Of a DNA stretch of 39,092 nucleotides, positions 1 to 9,706 are shown in pieces (the first letter of the stretch is position 1; each line of letters begins with the position of its first letter). Both the position numbers and the translations under genes were made by a program. The notes under the pieces were generated by a model. It was not told the DNA's origin. It ran no database searches and saw nothing but the letters and a program-made list of their open reading frames with translations. The DNA is from Lachnospiraceae bacterium (GTDB lineage Bacteria; Bacillota; Clostridia; Lachnospirales; Lachnospiraceae): NCBI GenBank assembly GCA_003446735.1, contig DMCJ01000136.1:1-39092 (forward strand), given 5' to 3'.

Positions 1-1110
1 GACACCGCTTTTCCCGCTGTACATTGGGTCATGATGGGATTAAATCCGACAGGCTCGTTCACGCCGGCCGATGAGGCATATACGATGGGATTTGAGGGAA
101 GAGAGGCAAAGAAAGAGGGCGATATGCGCCTCTTAAAAGAGCGTGCTAAAGAGCTTGGGCCGGGCGGGATCGCCAAACTGTACATGGATAAATTATCCGG
201 GACTTTTGCCGACGGAGCGGGAGGATACCATTCCGAACTTTCACTGAGCAGGGACTACGGCATATTATGGAAATATGTATACGGGACGCACAGGGATTAT
301 ATCCTTCTTTTAACTCAGCTTTTCTATCTTGCGTCTCTTTTTATGAGCTTATACATTGTTATTAACTTTATCAAAAAGGACATTTCGCCCGAGGCCTTTG
401 TGATCATGCTTTTTGTGCTCGGGAGCTTTTTCTTTCAGATGATATGGGAGGCCGGTACGATATACAGCATCGGGATCTATCCTTATGTTTTTGCTCTTTG
501 TGTATTGGGACTGAATGCAAAAAAGGAAGGCGAGGCGCGTAAAGAAGAAAATGACGATGTAAGAAAGCCGGGATTCAGATACGGTAATAAGTCAGGCTTC
601 TTCATCTCGGCTGCAGGCTTTATAGCGCTCATTGCAGTACACTTGAGGTATCCGAGGGAATCTGTTATCGTAAGTGTAGATCAGTTCCTGTTCCAGGCAA
701 ATGATCCCATAGCCTTATCCGATGGCATGGAAATAAAGCAGAGCTTTGTAAGCGATAAGGATTTTTCGATCATTTCTTTAAAGGCCAGGAATTTTGAAGG
801 TCAGTTTAATGACTCCGTTTATGAGGTAAGTCTTAAGGACGGAAACGGTGATCTCATAAAGACAAATGAGATATACGGGAAGGATATGACGGATTACGAA
901 TTTACGACCATGGATTTTGAAAACGTTCCCGGAGTTACCGATTATGAGATAAGCATCAAAAAAATAAGCGGAGAAAACGATCTTATATTTTTGTATTATG
1001 ATACGGGCCATACAGATGTGTATCCGAAAGGAAAGATGACCGGGATCACCGGAAGCGATACGGCGGATCTTACATTTGAGGTCTATGATAAGGAGGAACC
1101 CGGAGAGTGA
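1..1110 (+). CDS. 5'-partial polytopic membrane protein, GT-C/PMT-like glycosyltransferase with C-terminal extracellular beta-rich domain
   Basis: Frame is open from base 1, so the true start lies outside the window. FPAVHWVMMGLN..G.F...D motif, several hydrophobic helices and a soluble C-terminal ~150 aa; sits in a polysaccharide locus. Confidence 0.6.
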   Translation, partial: DTAFPAVHWVMMGLNPTGSFTPADEAYTMGFEGREAKKEGDMRLLKERAKELGPGGIAKLYMDKLSGTFADGAGGYHSELSLSRDYGILWKYVYGTHRDYILLLTQLFYLASLFMSLYIVINFIKKDISPEAFVIMLFVLGSFFFQMIWEAGTIYSIGIYPYVFALCVLGLNAKKEGEARKEENDDVRKPGFRYGNKSGFFISAAGFIALIAVHLRYPRESVIVSVDQFLFQANDPIALSDGMEIKQSFVSDKDFSIISLKARNFEGQFNDSVYEVSLKDGNGDLIKTNEIYGKDMTDYEFTTMDFENVPGVTDYEISIKKISGENDLIFLYYDTGHTDVYPKGKMTGITGSDTADLTFEVYDKEEPGE

Positions 1111-2219
1111 AACGGGAAAGAGACGAAGGACTTGATGCCGTTAAGGGATTTGCGATAATCCTTGTGATGATTGGACATTGCATAATCCTAAACGGACTGC
1201 ATGATGAATATATATACGATGCGATCGCAGCGGTACAGATGCCGCTCTTTATGCTGATAAGCGGTTATATCACCGGCATGAAGAGGAGAAGCGCCCATCA
1301 TCCCGAAGAGGTTTCCGAAGAGGAGGATGAGAATATCATCCATACGGCAAAATATCTCCGTCCGGATAAAAAAGAATATACCGGGATCTTTTTAAGAAGG
1401 ACGTTGAAATATCTTCTGCCTTTCTTTTCATGGATGTTTATCACACATATCAAAAATTTTATCGAGGAGCTTAAGCTTCAGCTCTTTGCACTTGACAGAG
1501 GACTTTGGTTTTTGATGACGCTCTGGATAGTCACTGTTGTGTCAATGGTGGCCGAATTCTGCGCCGAAGAAGTTACCCACAGGCTCTGGAAAAACGAAAA
1601 AAAGAAACAGTATGAGAGGCTGTTTCTTATCGGTATAGACGTATATCTTTTTGTGACCGCGATAGTCTATTTCCTCTTCTTTTTACAGGAGAGGAGCGGT
1701 AATACTTTCTTAAGTCCGGCACTTACGATAAGGTACATGCCGTTTTACGTGCTCGGATTTTTGTGGGGTCTTTCGAATGTTACGATCAAGGCTGCAAGGG
1801 GTTCCGTCATAACGGTCGGAAGCTGCGCCTTCGTCTGTCTTATCGCGGCATTTGAAATGGTCGGCACTCCCGATCTTCCATCGCTCGTCATACAGATGGT
1901 GGCATCGCTTTGCGGAAGTCTTACGGTCTTTCTTATCATCAGGTATTATACCGGCGGTATATTTAAAAAAGCGCTGGCATTTGTCGGCGGATATACACTG
2001 GAGATATATGTCATACACTTCAGGTTTGCGCGTCTTCTGCGTATCGCGGAGAAAGGACTTATGCCGCTTACAAAAGAAGCTGTTGCCTGGGTCCTTGCTG
2101 CATTTGCTCTTATGAGTGTTCTTACGGCGGTTTCGATCTGGCTGATAAAGAAGGTAAAGATCGCGGATCTTATCCTCTTCGGGAATAACAGATACGGAAA
2201 AATAAATAAACCCCAGTAA
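1107..2219 (+). CDS. Acyltransferase family 3 (OafA-like) membrane O-acyltransferase
   Basis: RDEGLDAVKGFAIILVMIGH, MPLFMLISGY, LWFL and YTLEIYVIH motifs; about 10 TM helices; GTG start overlaps the upstream TGA. Confidence 0.9.
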   Translation: MKRERDEGLDAVKGFAIILVMIGHCIILNGLHDEYIYDAIAAVQMPLFMLISGYITGMKRRSAHHPEEVSEEEDENIIHTAKYLRPDKKEYTGIFLRRTLKYLLPFFSWMFITHIKNFIEELKLQLFALDRGLWFLMTLWIVTVVSMVAEFCAEEVTHRLWKNEKKKQYERLFLIGIDVYLFVTAIVYFLFFLQERSGNTFLSPALTIRYMPFYVLGFLWGLSNVTIKAARGSVITVGSCAFVCLIAAFEMVGTPDLPSLVIQMVASLCGSLTVFLIIRYYTGGIFKKALAFVGGYTLEIYVIHFRFARLLRIAEKGLMPLTKEAVAWVLAAFALMSVLTAVSIWLIKKVKIADLILFGNNRYGKINKPQ

Positions 2220-2230
2220 AAGCGGTTTAT

Positions 2231-2260
2231 TTGCGAAGCATCCCCAATATGTGGTATACT
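2231..2260 (+). promoter_or_regulatory. sigma70/sigmaA-type promoter upstream of malQ
   Basis: TTGCGA-N18-TATACT with a TG extended -10 element; GGAGG RBS before ATG 2292. Confidence 0.6.
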
Positions 2261-2291
2261 GTGCTCTATAAGATGATCGGAGGATAAGACG

Positions 2292-3815
2292 ATGAGAGAG
2301 AGCGGGATCTTATTTCCCATATTTTCACTTGCATCTAAATTCGGTATAGGAAGTTTTTCGAAAGAAGCATATGACTTCGTTGATTTTCTGTATGAGTCGG
2401 GACAGGGATTCTGGCAGATACTTCCCGTCGGACCGACGGGATTCGGCGATTCACCTTATCAGCCTTTTTCCGCTTTTGCGGGGAATCCATATTTTATATC
2501 CCCTGAAAAGCTCATAGAAGAAGGCTTTCTGACATGTGACGAAGCCAATTCATTTGATTTTGGCGGAAATGTCGAGAGAGTGGATTACGGCGCTTTATAT
2601 GAAAATAGGGAAAAGCTCCTTAAAAAGGCATATGAGAGATTTTCGGACAGGGTACGGAACGATAAGGAACTTAAAAAAGCATATACGGATTTTATCAAAA
2701 AAGAGGAATTCTGGCTTAAGGATTACGCTCTTTTTACGGCGATAAAAAAGACGCAGGACGGAAAGAGCTGGCTTGACTGGGAAGCTCCTTTAAAAAAGAG
2801 AGATGCAAAAGCCATAGCTGCAAAGGAAAAAGAACTTAAGGAAGAGACCGATCTTATCTCTTTCATCCAGTTTGAATTTGATAAACAGCTTCGTGCATTA
2901 AGAGAATATGCAAACAAAAAGAATGTCAAGATAATAGGTGATCTGCCTTTTTATGTGTCCCTGGACAGTGCGGATGCATGGTCGCATCCCGAAGTCTTCC
3001 GGATGAATAAGGACTTAACGCCCAAGGTGGTCGCAGGCTGTCCGCCCGATGCTTTCTCGCGTACGGGACAGCTTTGGGGCAATCCGATATATGACTGGAA
3101 AGCGTTAAAGAAAGACGATTACAGCTGGTGGGTACACCGCATAGAGAGAAACTACGAATTCTATGATGTGATAAGGATAGACCATTTCCACGGATTCTGC
3201 GAATACTATGCGATCCCCTACGGTGATGAGACTGCGGAAAAAGGAAAGAACGAAAAAGGACCCGGTATCGATCTGTTTGATTCACTTAAAAAGCAGTTGG
3301 GAGAGCTTAAGATCATCGCAGAGGATCTCGGGAATAATACACCCGAGAACGAAAAGCTCCTTAAGGATACAGGCTTCCCCGGCATGAAGGTTCTGCAGTA
3401 CGGCTTTACCAGCTGGGACAGCTACTACGTAAATCACAGACATATAAATAACTGCGTTGTCTATACGGGAACCCATGACAACACTCCTACCATGGCGTGG
3501 GCTATGGAGATTAATGACGGCGAAAGGGATTTCGCCAGAAGATATATCAATTCGATGAACACGGATTTCGGCGGATTCGTATGGGATATCATAAGGGAAG
3601 CATACAGATCGGTTGCCGATCTTTGCATCGTCCCTCTTCAGGATTATCTTTGCTTTGGAAAGGAAGCGAGGATAAACACACCCGGAGTTTCGGACGGAAA
3701 CTGGCAGTGGAGATTAAAGCCTGACTTTTTGTCAAAGGATCTGTCAAGAAGTATCAGAGGTCTTACCGAATTATACGGAAGAATACCGAAGGAGCCCGAA
3801 AAGGAGAATGAGTAA
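2292..3815 (+). CDS. malQ: 4-alpha-glucanotransferase (amylomaltase, GH77)
   Basis: MRESGIL, WQILP.GPT..GDSPY, GQLWGNPIY, RIDHF, IIAEDLG, YTGTHDN and RINTPG...GNWQWR motifs. Confidence 0.95.
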   Translation: MRESGILFPIFSLASKFGIGSFSKEAYDFVDFLYESGQGFWQILPVGPTGFGDSPYQPFSAFAGNPYFISPEKLIEEGFLTCDEANSFDFGGNVERVDYGALYENREKLLKKAYERFSDRVRNDKELKKAYTDFIKKEEFWLKDYALFTAIKKTQDGKSWLDWEAPLKKRDAKAIAAKEKELKEETDLISFIQFEFDKQLRALREYANKKNVKIIGDLPFYVSLDSADAWSHPEVFRMNKDLTPKVVAGCPPDAFSRTGQLWGNPIYDWKALKKDDYSWWVHRIERNYEFYDVIRIDHFHGFCEYYAIPYGDETAEKGKNEKGPGIDLFDSLKKQLGELKIIAEDLGNNTPENEKLLKDTGFPGMKVLQYGFTSWDSYYVNHRHINNCVVYTGTHDNTPTMAWAMEINDGERDFARRYINSMNTDFGGFVWDIIREAYRSVADLCIVPLQDYLCFGKEARINTPGVSDGNWQWRLKPDFLSKDLSRSIRGLTELYGRIPKEPEKENE

Positions 3816-5916
3816 TCCCATAAAGGACTGGTATTTTAAATACATGATAGCAAAGTGCCATAAGAGATACGACGAAGAGCTTCGGCGCTTCTCGGATCCT
3901 TACGGCATGTGGATCCAGGCAAATGAGGATCCTTCACAGACGGCTCGGGGTGCCCATCAGGACCCGAGGCGTTTTCGTGTATTTGTTTTGGAAGATTTCA
4001 TAAAGATCATGAGGGAGCCCGAAGAGATAAATGAGGGCTGGCTTGCCGTAAAGATCAATCCCGGATGGATAAGCGAACCGTCCGATAAATGGAGTGATTT
4101 CTTTTCGGAAGACGGACCGAGGACTCCAACGGCGCTCATCTTCGGAGACGAAGATACACAGGACATAGAGAGTAAACGAAGGAGCGGAGCCTGGTTTAAA
4201 CCGGACGACAGCCCCGAGACTCTTTTGTCCTTTTTTTATTACGGAAGCCTTGTACTGCTCCGTGGGAGCCTTGTAAAAGAGTCGCTCTCGACTTACGCTC
4301 CCTGTTATGACAAAAAGGAACTTGAGACATTAAAAAATGCCGATCCGGTAAAGGCGGACAGGCTCATCTTATATGATTTCATTCTCCATTATACCGAGGA
4401 AGCATATGCGAAGGGATATAAGGTGAGGCGTATCCCGGAAGTGCTTTTCCATGCCGATGGAGTCGGTGTGTTCTTAGAAGATCCCGAAGGCGATGAATAT
4501 GTAAATCCCGATGCTTACTGGGGATATGAGCCCGAATATAATGCATGCAAGATAGCTGCGATAAGGCGAAGGGGGATGGGCGCATATATAAGAGGCATAC
4601 CGAGGGGCAATAAGATATACTGCGTTCCCGTTTACGAACTTCCCGAGGATAAGCCCGAGATATCGGTCATAATCCCGTCTAAGGATCATCCCGAGCTTGT
4701 TATAAAACGACTCGATGAGCTTCGAAACAGGATGAACTATGACAATATGGAGATCATCGTGGTCGATAACGGCAGTAACGATGAGAACAGACAGATCCTC
4801 TGTGAAGCCCAGGCGGAATACAGATTTATCTACATGTATGAGGAGGCGGAATTCAATTTCGCTGCCATGTGCAATAAGGGAGCTGAAAAATCAAAAGGAG
4901 AATTCCTTTTATTCTTAAATGATGATGTCGAGATAACACAGCCCGATTTCATAACCACGCTCGTGGGTCAGGCTATGGCGCCGGGAATAGGCGCAGTGGG
5001 CGCAAAGCTCCTGTATCCCGACAGAAGGATACAGCATGTCGGAGTTACGGAAATGGCCGTAGGCCCTGCCCACAAACTGGTCGGAGCCCCTGACGACGAT
5101 AAGGATTATTACTACGGAAAGAACGTTTTAAACCATAATGTCATAGCTGTTACTGCCGCCTGTCTTATGGTAAATGCTGAAGTATTCTTCGGTGCCGGAG
5201 GCTTTTATGAAGAGCTTAAGATAAGCTATAACGATGTGGATTTCTGTTTTATGCTCCATGAATCCGGATATCGCAATGTCGTAAGGAACGATGCCGTGGC
5301 GATCCATCATGAGAGCATATCGAGAGGCGATGACAGGAAGGATACCTTAAAGTGGAAAAGGCTTTTAAGGGAATCGGCCATCCTTAAAGAAAGGCATCCC
5401 CACACAATAGATAACGATCCTTTTTACAACCCGAATCTCGCAGGCTACAAGCCCAGATATCTTTGCAGTTATGAATATCCGTATGAGCAGCGTTTTAACA
5501 CTCTTTTGCCCGAGGCCTTAGAAGATGATATCAAGAGTGAATGGTACAATAACTGCCTTACGATAACGCTTGAACACTGCGGACTTCAGAGGAAGCTTTC
5601 GGAGGATGAGGAGGATATCTATCTTATCGAAGGCTGGGCCTATGTTCTCGGTATGGATTCATCGAGATACGAAAGAAGTCTGATACTTACGTTTAACGAT
5701 GAAGAGATCCTGACAGTCCCGATATATACGAGGAATCGTCCCGAGGTCGTGGACATATTGCCGGACGAGTCTCATGTGGGTCTTACGGGATTTGTCGTAA
5801 GGATAAAAAGAAACGATCTTAAGCGCGGGGAGTACAGAGTGGGTCTGCTTTATAAGGATCAGTGTTCGAGGCAGAGACTGTATAAAGAGTGTGAAAAAGT
5901 GTTGTATGTAGACTGA
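3808..5916 (+). CDS. Multidomain GT2 glycosyltransferase (degenerate N-terminal GT2 half, intact second GT2, C-terminal beta-sandwich domain)
   Basis: ISVIIPSKDH, IIVVDNGS, FLNDDVE, VGAKLLYPD, YNDVDFC and HHESISRG motifs; C-terminal IEGWAY..GF domain. Confidence 0.88.
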   Translation: MSNPIKDWYFKYMIAKCHKRYDEELRRFSDPYGMWIQANEDPSQTARGAHQDPRRFRVFVLEDFIKIMREPEEINEGWLAVKINPGWISEPSDKWSDFFSEDGPRTPTALIFGDEDTQDIESKRRSGAWFKPDDSPETLLSFFYYGSLVLLRGSLVKESLSTYAPCYDKKELETLKNADPVKADRLILYDFILHYTEEAYAKGYKVRRIPEVLFHADGVGVFLEDPEGDEYVNPDAYWGYEPEYNACKIAAIRRRGMGAYIRGIPRGNKIYCVPVYELPEDKPEISVIIPSKDHPELVIKRLDELRNRMNYDNMEIIVVDNGSNDENRQILCEAQAEYRFIYMYEEAEFNFAAMCNKGAEKSKGEFLLFLNDDVEITQPDFITTLVGQAMAPGIGAVGAKLLYPDRRIQHVGVTEMAVGPAHKLVGAPDDDKDYYYGKNVLNHNVIAVTAACLMVNAEVFFGAGGFYEELKISYNDVDFCFMLHESGYRNVVRNDAVAIHHESISRGDDRKDTLKWKRLLRESAILKERHPHTIDNDPFYNPNLAGYKPRYLCSYEYPYEQRFNTLLPEALEDDIKSEWYNNCLTITLEHCGLQRKLSEDEEDIYLIEGWAYVLGMDSSRYERSLILTFNDEEILTVPIYTRNRPEVVDILPDESHVGLTGFVVRIKRNDLKRGEYRVGLLYKDQCSRQRLYKECEKVLYVD

Positions 5917-5930
5917 AAAAAGGGTATAAT
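5902..5930 (+). promoter_or_regulatory. Promoter for the XRE regulator
   Basis: TTGTAT-N17-TATAAT. Confidence 0.6.
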
Positions 5931-5976
5931 AAAGCTGTGTTTACAGGGAAATAGAATGACATTGGAGGGCGGAAGC

Positions 5977-6315
5977 ATGACATCAAAGGAAAAATCAATT
6001 GTGTTAAAAGAGGAGATACTTAAGCAGTATAAAAGCATAAGAAAATTTGCCATCGAAATGAACATCCCTTACAGCACAATGGTCACCGCCTTAGAGCGCG
6101 GAATAGAAGGGATGGCTTACGGAACGGTAGTAAGGATATGTGAAAAGCTTAATTTAAATCCGATCTCCTTCAGACCCCTGGAAGGGGCTACAGTCTCCGA
6201 GCAGCTTCTGGAGAACCAGGTGATGAGCGGATATCTAAAGCTCAATAAGACCGGAAGAGAGCGGGTTCTGGAGGTTATGGAGGATTTTGCATCACTTGAA
6301 AAATACCGGGCATGA
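5977..6315 (+). CDS. XRE-family helix-turn-helix transcriptional regulator
   Basis: YKSIRKFAIEMNIPYSTM...ICEKLNL HTH and C-terminal YLKLNKTGRERV motif. Start moved from 5956 to ATG 5977, which follows GGAGG. Confidence 0.85.
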   Translation: MTSKEKSIVLKEEILKQYKSIRKFAIEMNIPYSTMVTALERGIEGMAYGTVVRICEKLNLNPISFRPLEGATVSEQLLENQVMSGYLKLNKTGRERVLEVMEDFASLEKYRA

Positions 6316-6337
6316 AAAGATGACTTTTTTAACACCG

Positions 6338-6362
6338 GGGAGCGCTGTCGGCGCTCCCTTTT
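6338..6362 (+). terminator. Rho-independent terminator
   Basis: GGGAGCGC-tgtcg-GCGCTCCC followed by TTTT. Confidence 0.8.
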
Positions 6363-6365
6363 AAC

Positions 6366-6395
6366 TTGCCTGTAAACCTATAGATGTGCTATAAT
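6366..6395 (+). promoter_or_regulatory. Promoter of the rmlB-headed operon
   Basis: TTGCCT-N18-TATAAT with TG extension, directly after the terminator. Confidence 0.7.
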
Positions 6396-6462
6396 ACGGA
6401 TAAGTGTGTGCGTGTATCGAAAATGCCCGCAGACAACATAAAAAGCAATAAGGAGACTTAAT

Positions 6463-7539
6463 ATGAGAACATACCTTGTAACCGGCGGAGCAGGCTTTAT
6501 AGGCTCCAATTATATTCATTACATGTTTAAGAAATATGATAACGAGATAAGGATCATAAATGTGGATGCCCTTACCTATGCGGGTAACCTCGAAAACTTA
6601 AAAGAAGTCGAGGGAAGGGATAATTATACCTTCGTTAAGGCCGACATCACCGACAAGGATGCGATAGCAAAGATATTTGCCGAGAATGATATCGACCGTG
6701 TAGTTCATTTCGCGGCAGAGAGCCATGTAGACAGGAGTATAAAAAATCCCGAGGTCTTTGTTCAGACAAATGTGCTTGGTACAGCCGTAATGCTCAACTG
6801 CGCAAGGAATGCATGGGAAAAGGAAGACGGCACCTATCCCGCGGACAAGAAGTTCTTACATGTTTCCACCGACGAGGTTTACGGTTCGCTTGAGGAAGAC
6901 GGCGGATACTTCTACGAGACCACCCCTTATTCTCCTCACAGCCCCTATTCAGCTTCAAAGGCAAGTTCCGACATGCTCGTAAAGGCTTATATGGATACTT
7001 ATCATTTCCCTGCAAATATCACCAACTGCTCCAATAATTACGGGCCTTACCAGTTTCCTGAGAAGCTCATTCCGCTCATCATCAACAATGCGCTTTCGGG
7101 AAAGAAGCTCCCTGTATACGGAGACGGAAAGAACGTCCGTGACTGGTTATATGTTGAGGACCATGCAAAGGCTATCGATATGGTCCAGGAAAAGGGAAGA
7201 CTCTTTGAAACATACAATGTCGGAGGTCATAACGAAAAGCAGAATATAGAGATAGTCAAGATAATAATCGCGACCTTAAGAGAGGAACTCGATGATTCCG
7301 ATCCCAGAAAGGCTCACGTAACGGAAGATCTTATCACTTATGTTACGGACAGAAAGGGACATGACAGAAGATATGCGATCGCTCCCGACAAGATCAAGGC
7401 CGAGATAGGCTGGGAGCCAGAGACCATGTTCGCCGAAGGTATCAGAAAGACGATCAAATGGTATTTCGAGCACGGCGACTGGATGAAGAATGTGACAAGC
7501 GGTGATTATCAGAAGTATTACGAGGAGATGTACAAATGA
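6463..7539 (+). CDS. rfbB: dTDP-glucose 4,6-dehydratase
   Basis: [51 protein letters not shown] and GHDRRY motifs. Confidence 0.97.
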   Translation: MRTYLVTGGAGFIGSNYIHYMFKKYDNEIRIINVDALTYAGNLENLKEVEGRDNYTFVKADITDKDAIAKIFAENDIDRVVHFAAESHVDRSIKNPEVFVQTNVLGTAVMLNCARNAWEKEDGTYPADKKFLHVSTDEVYGSLEEDGGYFYETTPYSPHSPYSASKASSDMLVKAYMDTYHFPANITNCSNNYGPYQFPEKLIPLIINNALSGKKLPVYGDGKNVRDWLYVEDHAKAIDMVQEKGRLFETYNVGGHNEKQNIEIVKIIIATLREELDDSDPRKAHVTEDLITYVTDRKGHDRRYAIAPDKIKAEIGWEPETMFAEGIRKTIKWYFEHGDWMKNVTSGDYQKYYEEMYK

Positions 7540-8414
7540 AAGGTATAATCTTAGCCGGAGGAAGCGGCACCAGGCTCTACCCTTTAACAAAAGCCATTTC
7601 AAAGCAGATAATGCCCGTATACGATAAGCCGATGATATATTATCCTTTATCGACTCTCATGCTGGCGAATATCAGGGACGTCCTTATCATTTCCACACCC
7701 AGGGATCTTCCGGTATTTAAGGAGCTTCTGGGAGACGGAAGCCAGCTTGGAATGTCATTTTCATATGCGGTGCAGGAGAGCCCCAGGGGTCTTGCCGATG
7801 CGTTCATCATAGGAGATAAATTCATAGGCGATGATGCCGCAGCCCTTGTCCTTGGAGATAACATCTTCTACGGACAGAGTTTCTCAAAGATGTTAAGAGA
7901 TACCTCCGCAAGGATCGAATCCGAAAAAGGTGCGACCATATTCGGATATTACGTCAGAGATCCCAGGGAATACGGAGTGGTTGAATTCGATGAGACCGGA
8001 AAGGCGATATCCATCGAAGAAAAGCCCGAGCATCCGAAGAGCAATTATGCCGTTCCCGGTCTTTATTTCTACGACAACGATGTTGTTGAGATAGCAAAGA
8101 ACGTAAAGCCTTCCGCAAGAGGAGAGATCGAGATAACAAGCATCAACAACGAATATTTAAGAAGAGGCACCTTAAAAGTCGAGACCATGGGAAGAGGTTT
8201 TGCATGGCTCGATACAGGTAATCACGACTCGCTCCTTGATGCCGCCGATTTCGTGGCTGCATTCCAGAAGAGGCAGGGCTTATACATCTCCTGTATCGAG
8301 GAGATAGCATATAAAAGAGGCTTCATAGGAAAGGAGCAGCTGTTAAAGCTTGCAGAGCCCCTTATGAAGACCGCTTACGGACAATATCTTACCGAGGTAG
8401 CTAATGGACTCTAG
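7536..8414 (+). CDS. rfbA: Glucose-1-phosphate thymidylyltransferase
   Basis: [39 protein letters not shown] and WLDTG motifs. Confidence 0.97.
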   Translation: MKGIILAGGSGTRLYPLTKAISKQIMPVYDKPMIYYPLSTLMLANIRDVLIISTPRDLPVFKELLGDGSQLGMSFSYAVQESPRGLADAFIIGDKFIGDDAAALVLGDNIFYGQSFSKMLRDTSARIESEKGATIFGYYVRDPREYGVVEFDETGKAISIEEKPEHPKSNYAVPGLYFYDNDVVEIAKNVKPSARGEIEITSINNEYLRRGTLKVETMGRGFAWLDTGNHDSLLDAADFVAAFQKRQGLYISCIEEIAYKRGFIGKEQLLKLAEPLMKTAYGQYLTEVANGL

Positions 8415-9705
8415 GGTTAAACGCCAGGTCATAGCATGTGCCATAACGATGATCGCGCTTATCGTAGCGGTGGTCGTCGGCGCGGATAAGATAAAGACTC
8501 AGAGAGAAAATGAAAGACGTGCGGCAAGAGAGGCAGCCGAAGAGGAAAGAGTCAGAAAGGAAGCCGAAGAGGCCGAAAAGGAAGCTTTAAAAGATTCCGT
8601 ATACACGCTCTACTCTCTCGATCCCCACAGGGACTACAAAGCATTTTTAAAAGACGATCTTTTTTTTGATCCCGAAGTAAAACAGGAGGATCCCAGGAAA
8701 GAGATGTCGGTTTTTGTTTCCAGTATCATGCGGGATCTGAGAGTTAATATAGTAAACGGCTTCGGCCAGCTGATATCGGGAGACGAGCTTACGGTATCTG
8801 TCTGGGGAAGCGACGGAGTCATTCACAAATACAAAGACGCGGATAAGGACGGAAGCGTTTATATAGCTCCGATCGATCCCGGCGATTACGAGCTTTCGAT
8901 CTCGGGCAACGATGCCTATGAGATGGAAGAGGGCCCGGTCCATGTAAGGGTAAAGGACCAGGTTGATTACACGGTCATAAACGATATATCCTATATGATA
9001 AAGACCGAGGACGAGATCGATGCTACGGTCGAGGATACGGCTGTAAACGAAGCCGAGCAGGACGCCGACGGTACCGAGAAAAACGAAAAATTAAAGCCTG
9101 AAGACGCGCTTTTCGGTATCGATGTCTCCAAGTGGAACAAGGAGATCGACTGGAATGCCGTAAAGGCGGACGGAGTGGATTTTGCGATCATCCGCTGCGG
9201 ATACAGAGGATCAAAGAGCGGAGCTTTAGTAGAAGATCCGTATTTTAAAAAGAACATCAAAGAAGCGACCGGGGCCGGTGTCAAAGTCGGTATCTATTTC
9301 TTCACACAGGCCGTTAACGAAGTCGAAGCTGTCGAAGAAGCCAGCATGGCTCTTATGCTCATAAAAGATTACGATGTTGATCTCCCCGTCTTTATCGATA
9401 CGGAAGGAGCCGGAGGAGCGGGAAGAGCAGATGCCCTCGATAAGGATATGAGGACAAAGGTCTGTGACAGTTTCTGCAAGACGGTGGAGAATTCAGGTTA
9501 CAAAGGCGGAGTTTATGCCAGCAAAAACTGGCTTATAAATAATATCGATCCCAAGGAATTAAAGGATCACACAATATGGCTTGCACAGTATTCGAGCAAG
9601 GCCACTTATGACGGAGATTATGACCTGTGGCAGTACACTTCGGCCGGCACCATAGACGGTATAGGGACGAGAGTGGATCTGAACCTTTCCTACAGGCAAT
9701 ATTAA
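8404..9705 (+). CDS. Membrane-anchored GH25 muramidase (lysozyme M1-like)
   Basis: N-terminal TM helix and charged coiled coil; C-terminal [33 protein letters not shown] and VDLN motifs. Confidence 0.9.
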   Translation: MDSRVKRQVIACAITMIALIVAVVVGADKIKTQRENERRAAREAAEEERVRKEAEEAEKEALKDSVYTLYSLDPHRDYKAFLKDDLFFDPEVKQEDPRKEMSVFVSSIMRDLRVNIVNGFGQLISGDELTVSVWGSDGVIHKYKDADKDGSVYIAPIDPGDYELSISGNDAYEMEEGPVHVRVKDQVDYTVINDISYMIKTEDEIDATVEDTAVNEAEQDADGTEKNEKLKPEDALFGIDVSKWNKEIDWNAVKADGVDFAIIRCGYRGSKSGALVEDPYFKKNIKEATGAGVKVGIYFFTQAVNEVEAVEEASMALMLIKDYDVDLPVFIDTEGAGGAGRADALDKDMRTKVCDSFCKTVENSGYKGGVYASKNWLINNIDPKELKDHTIWLAQYSSKATYDGDYDLWQYTSAGTIDGIGTRVDLNLSYRQY

Positions 9706-9706
9706 A

